Shown here: in pieces, positions 13,643 through 25,557 of the stretch
How positions within the stretch are numbered: position 1 is the first letter of the stretch
How the letters are laid out: every line of letters begins with the position of its first letter
DNA from: Glaucostegus cemiculus
Lineage: Eukaryota
Reading direction: 5' to 3'
Assembly: GCA_976551045.1 (NCBI GenBank)
Contig: CDPCPM010000106.1
Location: 26,288,001-26,352,000, forward strand
DNA: 64,000 bases
Position numbers and translations under genes: made by a program
Notes under the pieces: generated by a model
What the model was told of the DNA's origin: nothing
What the model saw: only the letters and a program-made list of their open reading frames with translations
Database searches by the model: none

Positions 13643-14285
13643 AAAAACTGCAGATGCTGGAAATCCAAAATAAAAACAAAAAAATGCTGGAAACACTCAG
13701 CAGGTCAGGCAGCGTCCGTGGAAAGAGAAACATTTTGGGTCTGGGGACCTCGTTCAGAACTAGGAAAGGGAGGAAACAAGGTGGCAGAGAATGTGGGGAG
13801 GAGGATGGGTAGAATGAAAAGGATATCTCTGATAGGGTGAGGCCAGATGATTCAATGTGGCAATTAAGATTGGATTAAACGTCTTTCTCTGAGTGAAGTT
13901 TTATTAATGGGTAAGGTTGTAGGACATGCCCAGCAGTCCAGACTGTACAACAAAACTAGAAAAAAATACATCAAAATGATGACACGTAAATGCCAGTTCT
14001 GATACAGACAGAAAGAAAAACTGAGTTATCTGAAGTTGGAGAATCCAATATTGCATCCAGAAAGCTGCAGCTTGCCCTGATGGAAGATGAAATGTTGTTC
14101 CACAAGCTTGCATTGGACGTTGTTGTAACATGACAAGAGGTCACAGGCAGAAAGGCCGGAGTGAGAGTTGGGTGCTGAATTAAAGTAGCAGGGAGCTGGA
14201 AGCTCAGAGACACCCCTGCCGACTGAATGCAGCTTTCCTCTAAAGTGATCACCCAGTCTGCATTTTGGTTTATCCAGCTATAGAG
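13643..14285 (-). mobile_element. Penelope-like element 3' end with terminal repeat
   Basis: Minus strand QCKLVEQHFIFHQGKLQLSGCNIGFSNFR* (GIY-YIG C-terminus); terminal block CTGAACGAGGTCCCCAGACCCAAAATGT...GCTGCCTGACCTGCTGAGTGTTTCCAGCA. Confidence 0.82.
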
Positions 14286-14599
14286 ATGAAGTAGAATTGA
14301 TGCCTTGGGAGAGAGTGCCACAAAAGTTAGTTTCAAAAGTTTGGTTTTGTTAATTTTTTGAAGGATAAAGACAGAGAGGTTTAGCATGGGTGGAGGAAAG
14401 CAGAGTTTCTTGACAGCCAAGTGAAACAGCTGATTAGTGATGGTATTAGATTTTACAGGGGGTAAAGGGCAGCAGGGTGGATGGCAGGGGTAGGGGCGAG
14501 GAGAATGCAGAGGTGAGGTGCAGGATGGAGGAAGAGTTCATGAAGGGTGACAGGGGTGAGAAGGAAGAGGAAGCTAGTGCAGATTGGCAAGGAAGGGGA

Positions 14600-15520
14600 T
14601 TACATGCAATGGAGCATTTAGCACAGGATGTGAATCATAGTTTCAAAAAATGTGTACCTTACAAACTGGTAAGGAAGGTTTAAAAGAAATCAAGACTAGA
14701 GAGCTAAGGGTTTTGACAACAATACATGGATGATGAGGTATAACCAGTGAACCAAACATGGAAAATGCTGAATACATTAAAGGAAGTTGCCAAGGTAAGA
14801 CTAGCCAACAGTGCTGGTGTTCAGTATGTATGTCACAAAAATCTGCCTGTCCTACATTTACTGCTGGTCTGTGTTCGTTTCCCATACAACCTGCACTTTC
14901 TTTGCTTGCCTCGTACTTCCAAACTCCAGCAAAGCACACATTCAGCTGCAAGTAGTTCACAGCCTCCTCTGTGCTTTCCATTGACATTTGCGAGAATCAT
15001 CTCAGTTTTACACATCCTGGAGACTGTAATTCGAAACTTGAGAAAGTAGCACTTTGAATCAGAGCTGAGAAGAATGGTGGGAGAAAGCAACAGCAGGAAC
15101 CTAATGTCAAAATAGCTGTGTGGCTGTCATCAATGACCTTTGAATGCTGGAAAACACTGCGGTGTACTGACATTATAAACAGCCACTTCCTCATTATGTT
15201 TCTATACTGCAGGAAAGGGGGTGAAATTAGTGGTTATACTTATCTCATTGGTCATCTACTTGTTATGTTGATGGCCACAATACTAACTGAGGCTGCAGAG
15301 CAGCTTAAGGAACGTGAGACGGAAGAGCCAAGAACAGTAACCTTGACAACCAGGTGAACTCCCATCCCTATGGCACAGGCTGACCACGGGTCTCCGTGCA
15401 ACAAAATAGACAGCTTTTCCATGACCTTCTCACTGACCCAGAAGCAGTTGCTTCTCACCAGTGCTTGAGAGGTGTTTGCTCAGGACAGGTCGGCTGCATA
15501 ATAAACAGGCAGTCAGGCTG
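14600..15520 (-). mobile_element. Fossil PIF/Harbinger DDE transposase, near full length
   Basis: Colinear motifs across frames: VHLVVKVTV (cf. PVAVKVTVAL), FQHSKVIDDSHTAI (cf. FPQVQGVIDCTHVAI), MCKTEMILANVNGKHRGGC (cf. VCDH..IxxVxAxYPGSC), CWLVLPWQLPL (cf. WLLGDKGYPL), CIVVKTLSSL (cf. xIVEQTIGLLK). Confidence 0.68.
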
Positions 15521-16224
15521 TGCTGCCATCTGATCTCACCAATATAACTTATTTATATAATTTCAACTATGAAATATTATATTTCATGTGCTTTGAGATT
15601 TATCCCCATTATTAGTTTTAACTTGGTTGGGTGATATCCAAGGGAGCCATCAGTTTACAATTCAGTGGTGTCATTTCTAGGGCCCCTGTGAAAGCTTGTA
15701 CTCTAAAAGTCTTTTTTATTTACCACTTTTTTAAAACTACTCCTGTTCCATTCCATTTCTGTAAAGGTTTTAACACCCTATGGTAATCTTGCACATGTAA
15801 GGTTCGGTTCGTTTTTGATATAAGCACTCCCTATCCTACTATAGGTTGACATAAATAACTTTACAAGCAATCAGTATTATTTCCCTCCTCCAGAATAAAT
15901 TTTGGAATAACATGAAAAAGTTGAGAAAAACATTTCAATTAAGAACTAGTCAAAGAATTGAGAATTAAAAAACGTTGTACAATTAAACACCTGCTCTCTG
16001 AAGATTTCCATTGCACACAAAAAATTCAGTATTATTACCCTAGTACAAGTGCATTGCAGACCTGCAGACAGTAGCTGGTATAACTTTGTAATGGCCCCAG
16101 GGTGATGTAATGTCTTCTGAATCATTAGCAAGAATAGAAATCTAAATATGTTCTTTTGAGTCTGTTCAGCCTGTGAACTTGCTTTCAGGTAAGAAATAAG
16201 TAACGTCACTGTAAGAGCCTTCAA

Positions 16225-16600
16225 TCAAATCTCATCCTCCTCTTCACAGGAGGTACTCTCAATGAGAAGTCCATAAAAATCAATACATGTTAAGCCTTCT
16301 GAATGCCTAAGTGATGGAATCTACAATAGTCACGGAATGCCATGAGCCTCAGGAATACTGATCTACTGCTTACACCACCACTTGATTCATAATGAGGGGC
16401 AAATGTTGCAGGCACATTGGCCATAGCTGCTGTGCCCCAGGTTACCAGCAATGGTGTATGGCAAGGGTGGTGGGAGGAAGGGTAATCAATATGGCCATTC
16501 AACACCAACAGGTATACAACAGTAGAATCACATTGAAGCTCCTTTGAGGCAGAGTTTATCGCAAGGAAACCAGGAAAAGAGATCTGTTGAAATTGCACAT
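16225..16600 (-). mobile_element. Possible Harbinger transposase C-terminal relic
   Basis: FPGFLAIN (PGSxHD position), HIDYP and FLRLMAFRDYC (cf. FGRLKxRWRCL) in the expected order, followed by an acidic stretch. Confidence 0.3.
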
Positions 16601-16819
16601 AAAAGTTACGTAGTTATAGTTAAATATAAATTTGTATTGGATACTGTACCTGGGAGACATACATGGATTTCCAGATCAGTTAGGAAACGGAAAATCTGTA
16701 GGAAATGCAAATATTTGATAGTCTGGGAGTATCTTTCATTCTGCAAGACAGAACTGGCAATATTTTGGAACCTTATCGTGTAGGATGCATTTCAAAAACA
16801 GTGAATTATTTAAGCACAC

Positions 16820-17150
16820 TCTCTGTTATGAAAACAAATATTAGCAGCCAATTTGCATGCATTGAGGTCCCACAAACAGTAAATGAAATAAAGGAGCTTT
16901 CACTTTTTTGCTGGTGCTTGAGATGTGATTGCTGACATGGCCATTGGGAGAATTTCTTGCTATTCTGTAGTAAAAAGGAATCTTTTACATCTACCTGAAG
17001 TGGCACAGAGGTTTAACGATACATCTGACTGACTGCATCTTCAATAATGCTATACTTTCTCAATGCCACAGTGAATTGTCAGCCAGATTATGTGCTCAAG
17101 TCAAAAAGTGAACATTCCTAGAGTTGAGAGAACTACCAACCAGGCCAAGG
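16820..17150 (-). mobile_element. DeuSINE (SacSINE1-like), decayed
   Basis: Reverse complement contains GTTAAACCTCTGTG..TTCAGGTAGATGTAAAAGATTCC, the Deu-domain core; similar to 40772-41162. Confidence 0.65.
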
Positions 17151-17949
17151 TAATATGTCTGGTCAGAGAAATACTTAAACATTTCCTGAATGAAACCAAG
17201 CCATTTTCCTGTAATTTAACGTTCCATTTCCATTTTCTACAAGCCAATGTTTACCTCTTCAAAGTAGTTTGGCCTGGAAGTTGTTTGGTGCTTGGAAAGT
17301 TACACAATAGCAGCGGTGTGTACTGGGCCAATGAACACGTACTAAGGGGCTGCCATTGCAAAACTGAATAATGTACAAAGCCAAGGCATTATGTGTTCTA
17401 CACTGGGTCCTACACGTACACACTTTCATTTTATGTTTTGTTATTGGTTTTGAGTGATGGCGGTGGGAGATGAGGGGAGAAAGGTGAGGGGGGGCTCCAC
17501 TGGGGAGAGGCCTGGTAAGTGAGGGAAGGGTCGATAATTAACTGGAGATGATTGGGGCTTGAGGATTAGATTGAGGCATCAGTGAGGAAGTTTACAATCA
17601 GCTGCTACTTGGTGGTCAAGTAGGGGATGTGAGGCATAAGATGGGGATTGGTTGAAGCTAGGGGTCCTGTTTTTGGGGGTGTTTTTGGGGGGTACCAAGA
17701 GAAACTCACTGCCAAGGGGAATGTATTTAACTTTTAGGACCTCTCTATAAGAGGGCTACCAGCACTGGACTCCACAGCCAGGGATGTTCTCAGGCAAATT
17801 CCCTTGAACTAATGCTAAAGCAGGCCAGGCCTGTACTGGAAGGCTAGCTCCTGCACAAGTAGCTCATGCAATCTGTGTCTGGAATCTCCAAGCATTAAGA
17901 TATCAGGTATACAGGGACCCCAGAAAGAAAATCATGGACTTAACATGGT

Positions 17950-18272
17950 AACAGTCTTTTCTCCAGGGTAGGGGAGTCCAAAACTAAGAGGCATAGATTT
18001 GGGTGGGAGGGGAAATACTTAAAAGGGACCTGAGGGGCAACTTTTTCAGGCAGAGGATGGTGAGTATATGGAACGAGCTGCCAGAGGAAGAGATTGAGGC
18101 AGGTACAACAGTATCATTTAAGAAGCACTTGGATAGGCACACGGAGGGGAAGGGCTTAGAGAGATACGGGCCAGATACAGGAAATTGGGACAAGATAGGT
18201 GGGCACCATGGTTAGCATAAACTTGGTGGGCTGAAGGTCCTGTATCCGTGCAGTATTGCTCTATTACTCTAT
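17950..18272 (+). mobile_element. CR1 (HER1-like) LINE 3' end
   Basis: ORF 18003..18215 KRDLRGNFFRQRMVSIWNELPEEEIEAGT..FKKHLDRH; CR1 tail with (CTCTAT)-type repeats. Confidence 0.92.
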
Positions 18273-19448
18273 CAATCCACTAATCTTCATTGAAGACAGT
18301 TTGTCCTCGGTATTTTATAACACACAAAAGCAAAGGCCTTTATGTTTTCTCAAATGAGCATGTTGATTCACCATTTCCTTCATTCTGATTCCATCTAAAC
18401 TGATGCAGAATGCTATTTTCGATTCATACACTTGACAGATACATGCATACAGAAATATAGGAAACAGCGTGCTAATGGGTCAACTGAGATGGGTTTGGAC
18501 TTAATAACCAAAATTCCATTTTATTCACCTCCCCCTTCAAGTTCTAAGTAGAAATTGTTAACAAGGATTCTAAGCTGCCTCAGTATTTTTCTCTTATCCA
18601 ATCCCTGAGAGGATAGCTGGTTCTTTAAACAAACAAACTAAGATACTTTATAAGGGAATTTATATTGTGCAAAGTATCATTTCTCTGCTTTTTGCTTACT
18701 ATCACACAGGCAGTTTCTCCAGAGAGAGAGAAATAGACCTTGATGTTAAAGGATTTATTTTTTGAACATCAGAAAGAACGAGGATCTTTATGAAAATTGG
18801 GAGCTCTATATCTACATATCAAGACAGCAAACAAACAAATCTTTAAGGAAAATTATGAAACCTCTGTGGAGAACCTAATAACCCCATATCAATTGAGTCC
18901 CAATGTGTCAGGGAAATTAGTTAGGCAAAATCTTACTCCTCCAATCTGTGAAATTTGCTATTTACTAGATTACCTATGTACAGGCAAACTTTGCATTTAT
19001 GTCTGGTAATTGATGGCATTACTTTGTATGAAGACAAGTCTAATGGGTCTATAGTTGCTAGTTTTCTCTTCCTTTTTGGAATACAACCATTGTATTAGCC
19101 CATTTCAGGTCTACCAGTATACCTTCGGCATTCACCGCTGAAAACTTGTTTTAGAAAGGACTCCATAAAAGGGTAACACTGTAAAAACCTGTAATGCCAC
19201 AGCAAGTGTTTTGTCAACATTCATGGACCCCTCTACACAGACTCGGTTCTTGAAGAGAGAACTGCATGTGGCCATCTCTGAATCATGGCACAGGTTGTCA
19301 AAATGTTGCCTGGCAGTCAACATCAGAAACTAGTCCCCAGAGCAACCAAGCTTTAAGTTACCAAATCTCTCCCAGCCACCCAGACCATGAGCAGTCTGAA
19401 ATGCCCACGTGCACAAGTAAATGAAGAAGTCTTTGTTTGCTTCATTAC

Positions 19449-22276
19449 TGTGGTGTCTTATGTATAAATGTAACTAAGTCATGTAGGTATGGGAAATATT
19501 GATGTCATCATGATACGAGTTTTACTGCACCTTGGTATTAGACCAGAATGAATTTGAAGCCATTATTTTCAAACTTCTGGTGCTTTGTAAATCTTGGTGT
19601 GGTTAGAACTCATCAACATTCCAGCTTACTCTGGGGACCACCTAATAATAAACTACAATTGGCGTTGAGAATGGTCTGCAGTTCCAATATCGATTGGCAC
19701 TCTGGGGGAAGGGGGTCATTGATAAGAAAATGTTGCTGCATCTCCAAAGTATTCCTGGATCATACTTGTCAAAGGATCCTGGAAACACTCAGTGGTTGTA
19801 AGGTAAAAGCAGAAAAACTAAAGAAACTGTCCCCTTTTGTTGAAGCTACCGGTTCCAGGTTCAGTGTATGTTCATGTGGATCAGTTCAGGGAGAGAGAGG
19901 AAAGCTGCAGGCAGCAGGCAATCACTTCATGTAGCCCCAGTTGCTCCTTAAGCTGTGCCAATCGATTTTAAAATTACAATTAAACCAAGACAAGCTGTGT
20001 GAGTCTGCAACACAGTTAGCCCTAACTGAGTGTAAAGCAAAAACACACAGGAGGCTTGAGTACTGTGGCATCCCTTTGGCAAGAAATAAAAGAAAATGGC
20101 AGCTCATTGCAGAGTGTTGGGGATAAGCAGCAAGGCATGTGAACTGCTCACACAGAGGACGGCAATGTTTCTCAAGGCACGAGTATTCTCGATGTGGCAG
20201 ACAATTCTGAGAATGCAAAAGCATGGAGCAATGAGGGAATAGAAAATGGCATCTCACTCACAGAAATCAGCTCCAAGGCATGTTACACACTCACCAATTT
20301 AGCAGCTCTGCAGAAAGCTGAAGATATCTTGTCTCCAGAGGTGGTACAAGAGTTAAAGTATTTCAGCCCACAAGCTTTTGAAACAGCCAAGAGCTATAAT
20401 TTAAGCCCATACAGTCAGAAAATGGGAGCTATAGAGAGTGATTTTGTTATTGAATTGAAAGGTCAATTAAAGCATTCTAACCTTTTAAATTACACACTGG
20501 TTTCTTTGTTTTTTTAAGAGAAGAAAAAAAATCCAGCTTAAGCTGCTCAGCAAAAGTGAGGTCACATTTAATTTGGCTGGTAGGGTTGCAACTTCCATGG
20601 AGATGGCAGCCAAAAATGCCAGCCACACAGTAGCCAACTCCCAAAGCTTCGGTCCAGAAATAGTATATATGACTACAAGTGCTGGGATTCCATGTTATTG
20701 TTGTCTAAGCAGTCATTTCTCATGCAATAATTGTTTTAAAGAGACTGTGTAATAGACATGCAAGGGGAAAGGAGACATAATGGCAGTGCGTAAATCTAAA
20801 TACAAACAAAAGGGTTATTTTTAGTGCAACATTGGCTCAGGGGATCAGTATCCTCATAAAAAGTCTCATAAAGAGAATCTGCTAAATATTACAGCTGCAG
20901 ATTACACATAATTTATTTTGTGTAGCATTTTTCCTGTAAGTGTGAGACAACAGGGCTTCACAGCAATTGGCACAGCTGCTGATTGTTCCATAATGGGGAC
21001 AGATGTCAGTGACAAGCAGTTCAGTCACCTAGCCTGAGTAAGGAGCATAGGGAATCTCAAGATTTGTTCAGGATACATTTTGAAGGTTTAGGGTGCTGAA
21101 CTCTACAATGGTCAAAGTCTTCAGTACCCTGTGGTTGTGGCGGGTTATACCAAACATCCAGCTCTGTTTGGCAAGGATTGGGGCTTGCAAAATTCAAGCT
21201 CAGTTGGAAGAGCATGTTTAGTATTCACATGGATATGCCAACATTACATTTGGATCTTCTGTTGTCTAAATTTAAAGACATCTTTGATGATGCCTTCACA
21301 AGCCACTTAGATGGATTAAAGCTAGTGTCACACCAGTCTATTGCAACTCAAATCCAGTTCCTCATTTCTTTTAGAGTCAAGTGGAGGAAGAGTTGGAGAA
21401 ATTGGAAAGAAGTGGGGTTTTGGTCTAAATCACTCATTGGAATCAGATAATTCAGACAGTAGTCATACCTAAGGCAGACAGAAAAGTATGAATGTGCAGT
21501 CACTACAAGATCACTTTAAATCTGGAGTTCACAATGAACAATATTCTTTACAAACTCCCTAAGACCTGTATGCGAAGTCAGCAGGATGAAAGTTTTAGAC
21601 AAAAATAATTTCTTGCATGTTTATGTACAGCTGGATGTGGATGAGGACAACCAGAAGTACCTCATGGTCAGTACACACAAATCGCAATACTTCTACACTG
21701 CCGCCACATGGAGTTAAATTAAGCCAGCACAAAATGGACAATGTTTTGCAGGGTATTGACAACTGTGCAATCAAATGAGCTCTGCATGGCTACAGTTAGT
21801 GCAGAGAGTAATTTACCCACTTTGAAAGAAGTACTGGAGCACTTCCATCATCATAATGTACAATTGAAAGGTACAGGCAGGGTGGTGTATCTCAGTCTGA
21901 AGGTAGAAGCTAATAGGCTGAAATCTGTTAACGACAAGGCTGATGCTTGAAAGCCAAGCAGCCAGAGAACATAAGGAAACTTTGCTCCTTTCTAGAAATG
22001 ATTTGGTATTATTCCATATTCCTGTCTGACCCAGCAATGGTGCTTATACTGTTGTGTCAATTTCTTCAGTACAACAGGAAATGGAATTGGACTGACATTT
22101 ATCAGAAAACATTTAATCAAGCTAAGCATAGTCTGAATAGTGGATCTCTACCAGTTCACTGTGATGCTAAGAGAACCTTAGAACTAGCACAGAATACTTC
22201 AAGGTGTGTCGTGAGTATTGTCACCAGCCACGTTATGGGTGATGGACAGAAGTAACCTTTAGCATTTGCTTTGCAT
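19449..22276 (+). mobile_element. Degenerate Gypsy/Ty3 LTR retrotransposon, 5' part (putative LTR/PBS, gag zinc knuckles, protease, RT, start of RNase H)
   Basis: ...ACTACA|ATTGGCG PBS-like junction at 19657-19664; Cys/His knuckle relic ~20693-20795; PALFGKDW (cf. PSLLGRDW); VVIPKADRKV*MCSHYKITLN and DLYAKSAG RT motifs; ORF 21947..22255 (LCSFLEMIWYYSIF...KWNWT...FNQAKHSL) then PLAFA. Many stops and frameshifts. Confidence 0.85.
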
Positions 22277-22903
22277 ATGGCCAAGAAAGCTCACCTTCCC
22301 TCTACTTCCTCAGAAGGCTAAAGAAATTTGGCATGTCCCTTTTGACACTCACCAATTTTTAATGATGCACCATAGAAAGCATCCTACCTGGATACATCAC
22401 GGCTTGTTATGGCATCTGCTCTGCCCGTGACCACAAGAAACTGCAAAGTTGTGGACACAGCTCAGCACATCACAGAAACCAGCCTCCCATCCATGGACTC
22501 TGTCTATACTTCTCGCTGCCTCTATAAGGCATCCAACATGATCAAAGACCTCACCCACTCCATACATTCTCTCTTCTCACCTCTCCCATAGAACAGAAGA
22601 TGCAAAAGACTGAAAGCATGTACCACCAGCCTCAAGGACAGCTTCTATCCTGCTGTTATAACACTCCTGAACAGTTCCTTAGTATGATAAGATGGACTCC
22701 TGACCTCACAATCTACCTCATTATGACCTTGCACTGCACCTACTCTGTAACTGTTGAACTGTATTCTGCATTCTGTACTGTTTTACCCTGTACTACCTCG
22801 ATGCACTGCAATGAATTGATTTGTACAAACAGTTACGCAAGACAAGTTTTTCATGGTACCTTGGTACAAGTGACAATAATAAACCAATTCCAATTCCAAT
22901 TCC
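22277..22903 (+). mobile_element. Rex1/Babar-type non-LTR retrotransposon, 5'-truncated, nested in Gypsy
   Basis: AKKAH..LYFLRRLKKFGM, VVDTAQHITETSLPSMDSVYTSRCL and HSLFSPLP motifs; (CAATTC)n tail at ~22885-22903. Confidence 0.88.
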
Positions 22904-22919
22904 TAACTACATAACTATG

Positions 22920-24185
22920 TGGCTTTCACTAGCATGTTCCACAGGTCACAAACTTCAGCAGCAGCAGACTTTGGACTAAAAATCTACAAGGGGAAAACCA
23001 ATGTGATCTGGGGAAAATTACACTTCGGTACAAAATTAAAGGGAATTTTGTGGATTCATCCAGTGTGATACTAATCCCTCTCCAACTTCACTGTACTAGG
23101 GAGATAGCAGAGTTATAGAATGAGGGTGTGTCAAATTTTCAAGATTCCTGCAAATTCACTCACTTTAAACAGCTAATTATAGTTAAGGCCAGGAATAAAG
23201 TTATTGCCATTCAAAAATAAATTTAGCTTTACATGCATAATTATAAAATCCTGGACTATCTACTGTACATAGACTAAAAAGTTAATTCAGTCCTTCCAAT
23301 AGCTTTTTTAAATAATCTGGTTATTTTTCTCTTAAAGATAAATCTGATCCATTTTTACCTGCCTCAAATTAGCCACAAAACCAATTCTTAGATAAAACTT
23401 AGCCATTTTCATCCAAAAATGTCATGATTTTTTATCATATAACCCAAATGCTGGCTTAATAAAGGGAGGGTGCTTAGCTAATGCCAGATGGCAAAAAAAC
23501 AAGGATATCTGTTTCCAGTTCAATCTCTTAAACAAAAACTGCTTGCAAAAATAATTGCATGACATTTCAAGATTTTAACAACATTGGTTTTGTAAAATTG
23601 TTCCTAGCAGCTAAAAACCTGTCAATCCTGTGAAATCAGACCATGTTTGTCTCAAAGCTTTTTTGCTTAATGAAAGGCCAATGCTACTCCTAACCCACAA
23701 CATCTAAATAAGATTCAGGAAAACCATCACAACCAAAGTGAAACTTTTTGAGTATTACATTTGAAAAATTGGTGGCAGAATTTGAGTTTTGGTCAGCAAC
23801 GTTAAACAGGGACTATAACATTGGCCACCTGTAATCCCCTCTCAATATTCAGATCCACTGAAGCCAACAGCATCACATATTGGTGGGGAGAGTACAAATA
23901 GTGGCTGTTATCATTGCACCAATTTGGCATCTGCAATCAAAGACAAATTTCTACCCCATGTGTCTGATTCATTAGACTGAACTCCAGTAATACATTTAAA
24001 TAAGACATTATTCTATATAACAGACTTTAGAAAAACATACGCAGCTGAACCTGGCAGGCAGGCATAGCTGTGCCTCGTTCAGTTATTGTGCCCCGGCAGG
24101 ACACAGTAGGTGACAGCAAAGTCACAACTACATTTGTTGCTTGGAAAACTCAAAGTGGTGGTACATCAGTACAAGAGTGGTGGCT
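22920..24185 (-). other. Putative GTF3C2 3'UTR carried in the retrocopy
   Basis: AT-rich non-repetitive sequence directly downstream of the GTF3C2 coding fragment and inside the candidate TSD pair. No poly(A) at its end. Confidence 0.6.
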
Positions 24186-24688
24186 TCATATTATTGCTTG
24201 CACCACTGTTTCTACACTGTGCATGATGTTAGAGAAAATGGGACTTTTAGTTGGTTGTTACTGCAGGCTGGAACATAGAACTGAATTGTGCTTGGTATTC
24301 CTTGATCAACTTCCTGCTGACATGTGTGTTAAGGCTCCGTACACAGTGGGCTCGAACAATGCCAGATTGCCCAGCAGAGAGAACCCATCCATTTGCATCC
24401 AGATTGGGATTGAAACGGACCTTGTATACAGATTCCAGTGGCATTCTGTCAGGATATGTTTTTCCTTTGTCTACTGTTTGCATTCTCTTAAAAGGTCCTC
24501 TGGAAAACAAGTTCTTGAAACTCCTCAGATCAGTGTCATCAAACATCAGGTAATATTTCTTCACTGTCTCACTATAAGTCTTTGGTTCAGGGATACAGCT
24601 GGAATTTAAATCTTCTTTCTCCTTTGCTGAAGATTTTTTTTTGGATCTTGGCCTCTTTCACTTCTTGACTTGGGCTGGCACTTGAAAT
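24186..24688 (-). pseudogene. GTF3C2: 5'-truncated processed pseudogene fragment of general transcription factor IIIC subunit 2 (TFIIIC110), C-terminal coding region
   Basis: Minus-strand frame (ORF 24247..24564 plus upstream codons) reads EPKTYSETVKKYYLMFDDTDLRSF...PDRMPLESVYKVRFNPNLDANGWVLSAGQSGIVRAHCVRSL...EYQAQFSSMFQP. This matches the vertebrate GTF3C2 C-terminus as I recall it (human-like RTYTETVNHHYLLFQDTDL...[31 protein letters not shown]...HFNAMFQP). There is a +1 frameshift in an A9 run (~24634-24642), a possible second frameshift near 24250 (alternative end TKSPIFSNIMHSVETVVQAII* at 24186), no intron, and an abrupt 5' truncation into a GC-rich repeat. Confidence 0.88.
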
Positions 24689-25435
24689 GTGAACCAGGCG
24701 CAGGGATGGACGGAGCGGAGGGGCAGCCAGCCAGGTGCAGTGGGGCGCAGGGTGAGGCGGGGGGGGGGTGGAGGGCGGTCGATTGGAAGCAGACCAGGCA
24801 ACGTAGTGCAGGGCAACGAGCCAGTGCACCAGGTCAGGGGGAAGCATGAACCAGGCTGAGGAGACAGAGCGGGGAGGAGCTCAAAGAGGACCAGAAAGGG
24901 AGAAGGCAAGCCTGGGTTCGAGTGGACCTGGAAGGAACACGGCAGGGTGGGGCTGAAGCGGACGTGAAAGGGCGATGGTCTAGCGGACCGTGTAGGGTGA
25001 ACGAGGCGCAGGGATGGACGGAGCGGAGGGGCAGCCAGCCAGGTGCAATGGGGCGCGGGGTGAAGCAGACCAGGCAACGTGAAGAGGTGCAGGGCGACGA
25101 GCCCGTGCACCAGGTAGCGGGGGAAAAACATGAACCAGGCTGGGGAGGCAGAGCGGGGGGCGAGGACGAACCACGCAGGGCGCAGAGGGAACGGGTGGCA
25201 GGGTGGAGCTCAGAGCGGACCTAAAAGGGCGAAGCCGGGCCTGGGTTCATGCGAACCTGAAAGGAACACGGTAGGGTGGAGCTGAGGCGGACGCGAAAGG
25301 GTGATGGCCTAGCGGACCGTGTAGGGTGAACCAGCCGGAGCGGAGGGGCAGCCAGTCAGGTGCAGTGGGGTGCAGGGAGAGGCAGGGAGAGCGGGGGGCG
25401 ATTGGAAGTGGCCAGGACAATGTGAAGAGGGTGTG
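24689..25435 (+). repeat. GC/CpG-rich tandem repeat, ~2.3 diverged units (308 bp, 329 bp, partial)
   Basis: Units start with GTGAAC at 24689, 24997 and 25326. Shared blocks include GGAGCGGAGGGGCAGCCAG.CAGGTGCA, AAGGAACACGG.AGGGTGG and TAGCGGACCGTGTAGG. Confidence 0.92.
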
Positions 25436-25462
25436 GGCACAGCAGGTGACGCAGAAGACGAT

Positions 25463-25557
25463 GAGGTTAAACGGGATTAGTGAAGATGAGGCGGCATAGA
25501 CATGGAGGGCCGAAGGGCCTGTTTCTGTGCTGTACGACGCTAAAAATATTTAAAAAA
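25463..25557 (+). mobile_element. CR1-type LINE 3' tail plus A-rich tail terminating the composite insertion
   Basis: GGGATTAG...GACATGGAGGGCCGAAGGGCCTGTTTCTGTGCTGTACGAC matches the tails of in-window CR1 copies (e.g. 52290-52380 on minus); followed by AAAAATATTTAAAAAA. Confidence 0.85.

Noticed and set aside
24070-24609. 179-aa plus-strand ORF, the longest in the window
   Set aside because: It is the in-register antisense shadow of the GTF3C2 coding fragment; no recognisable protein.
24658-25224. Pro/Arg/Gly-rich ORFs on both strands
   Set aside because: Expected by-product of a GC-rich tandem repeat with few stop codons.
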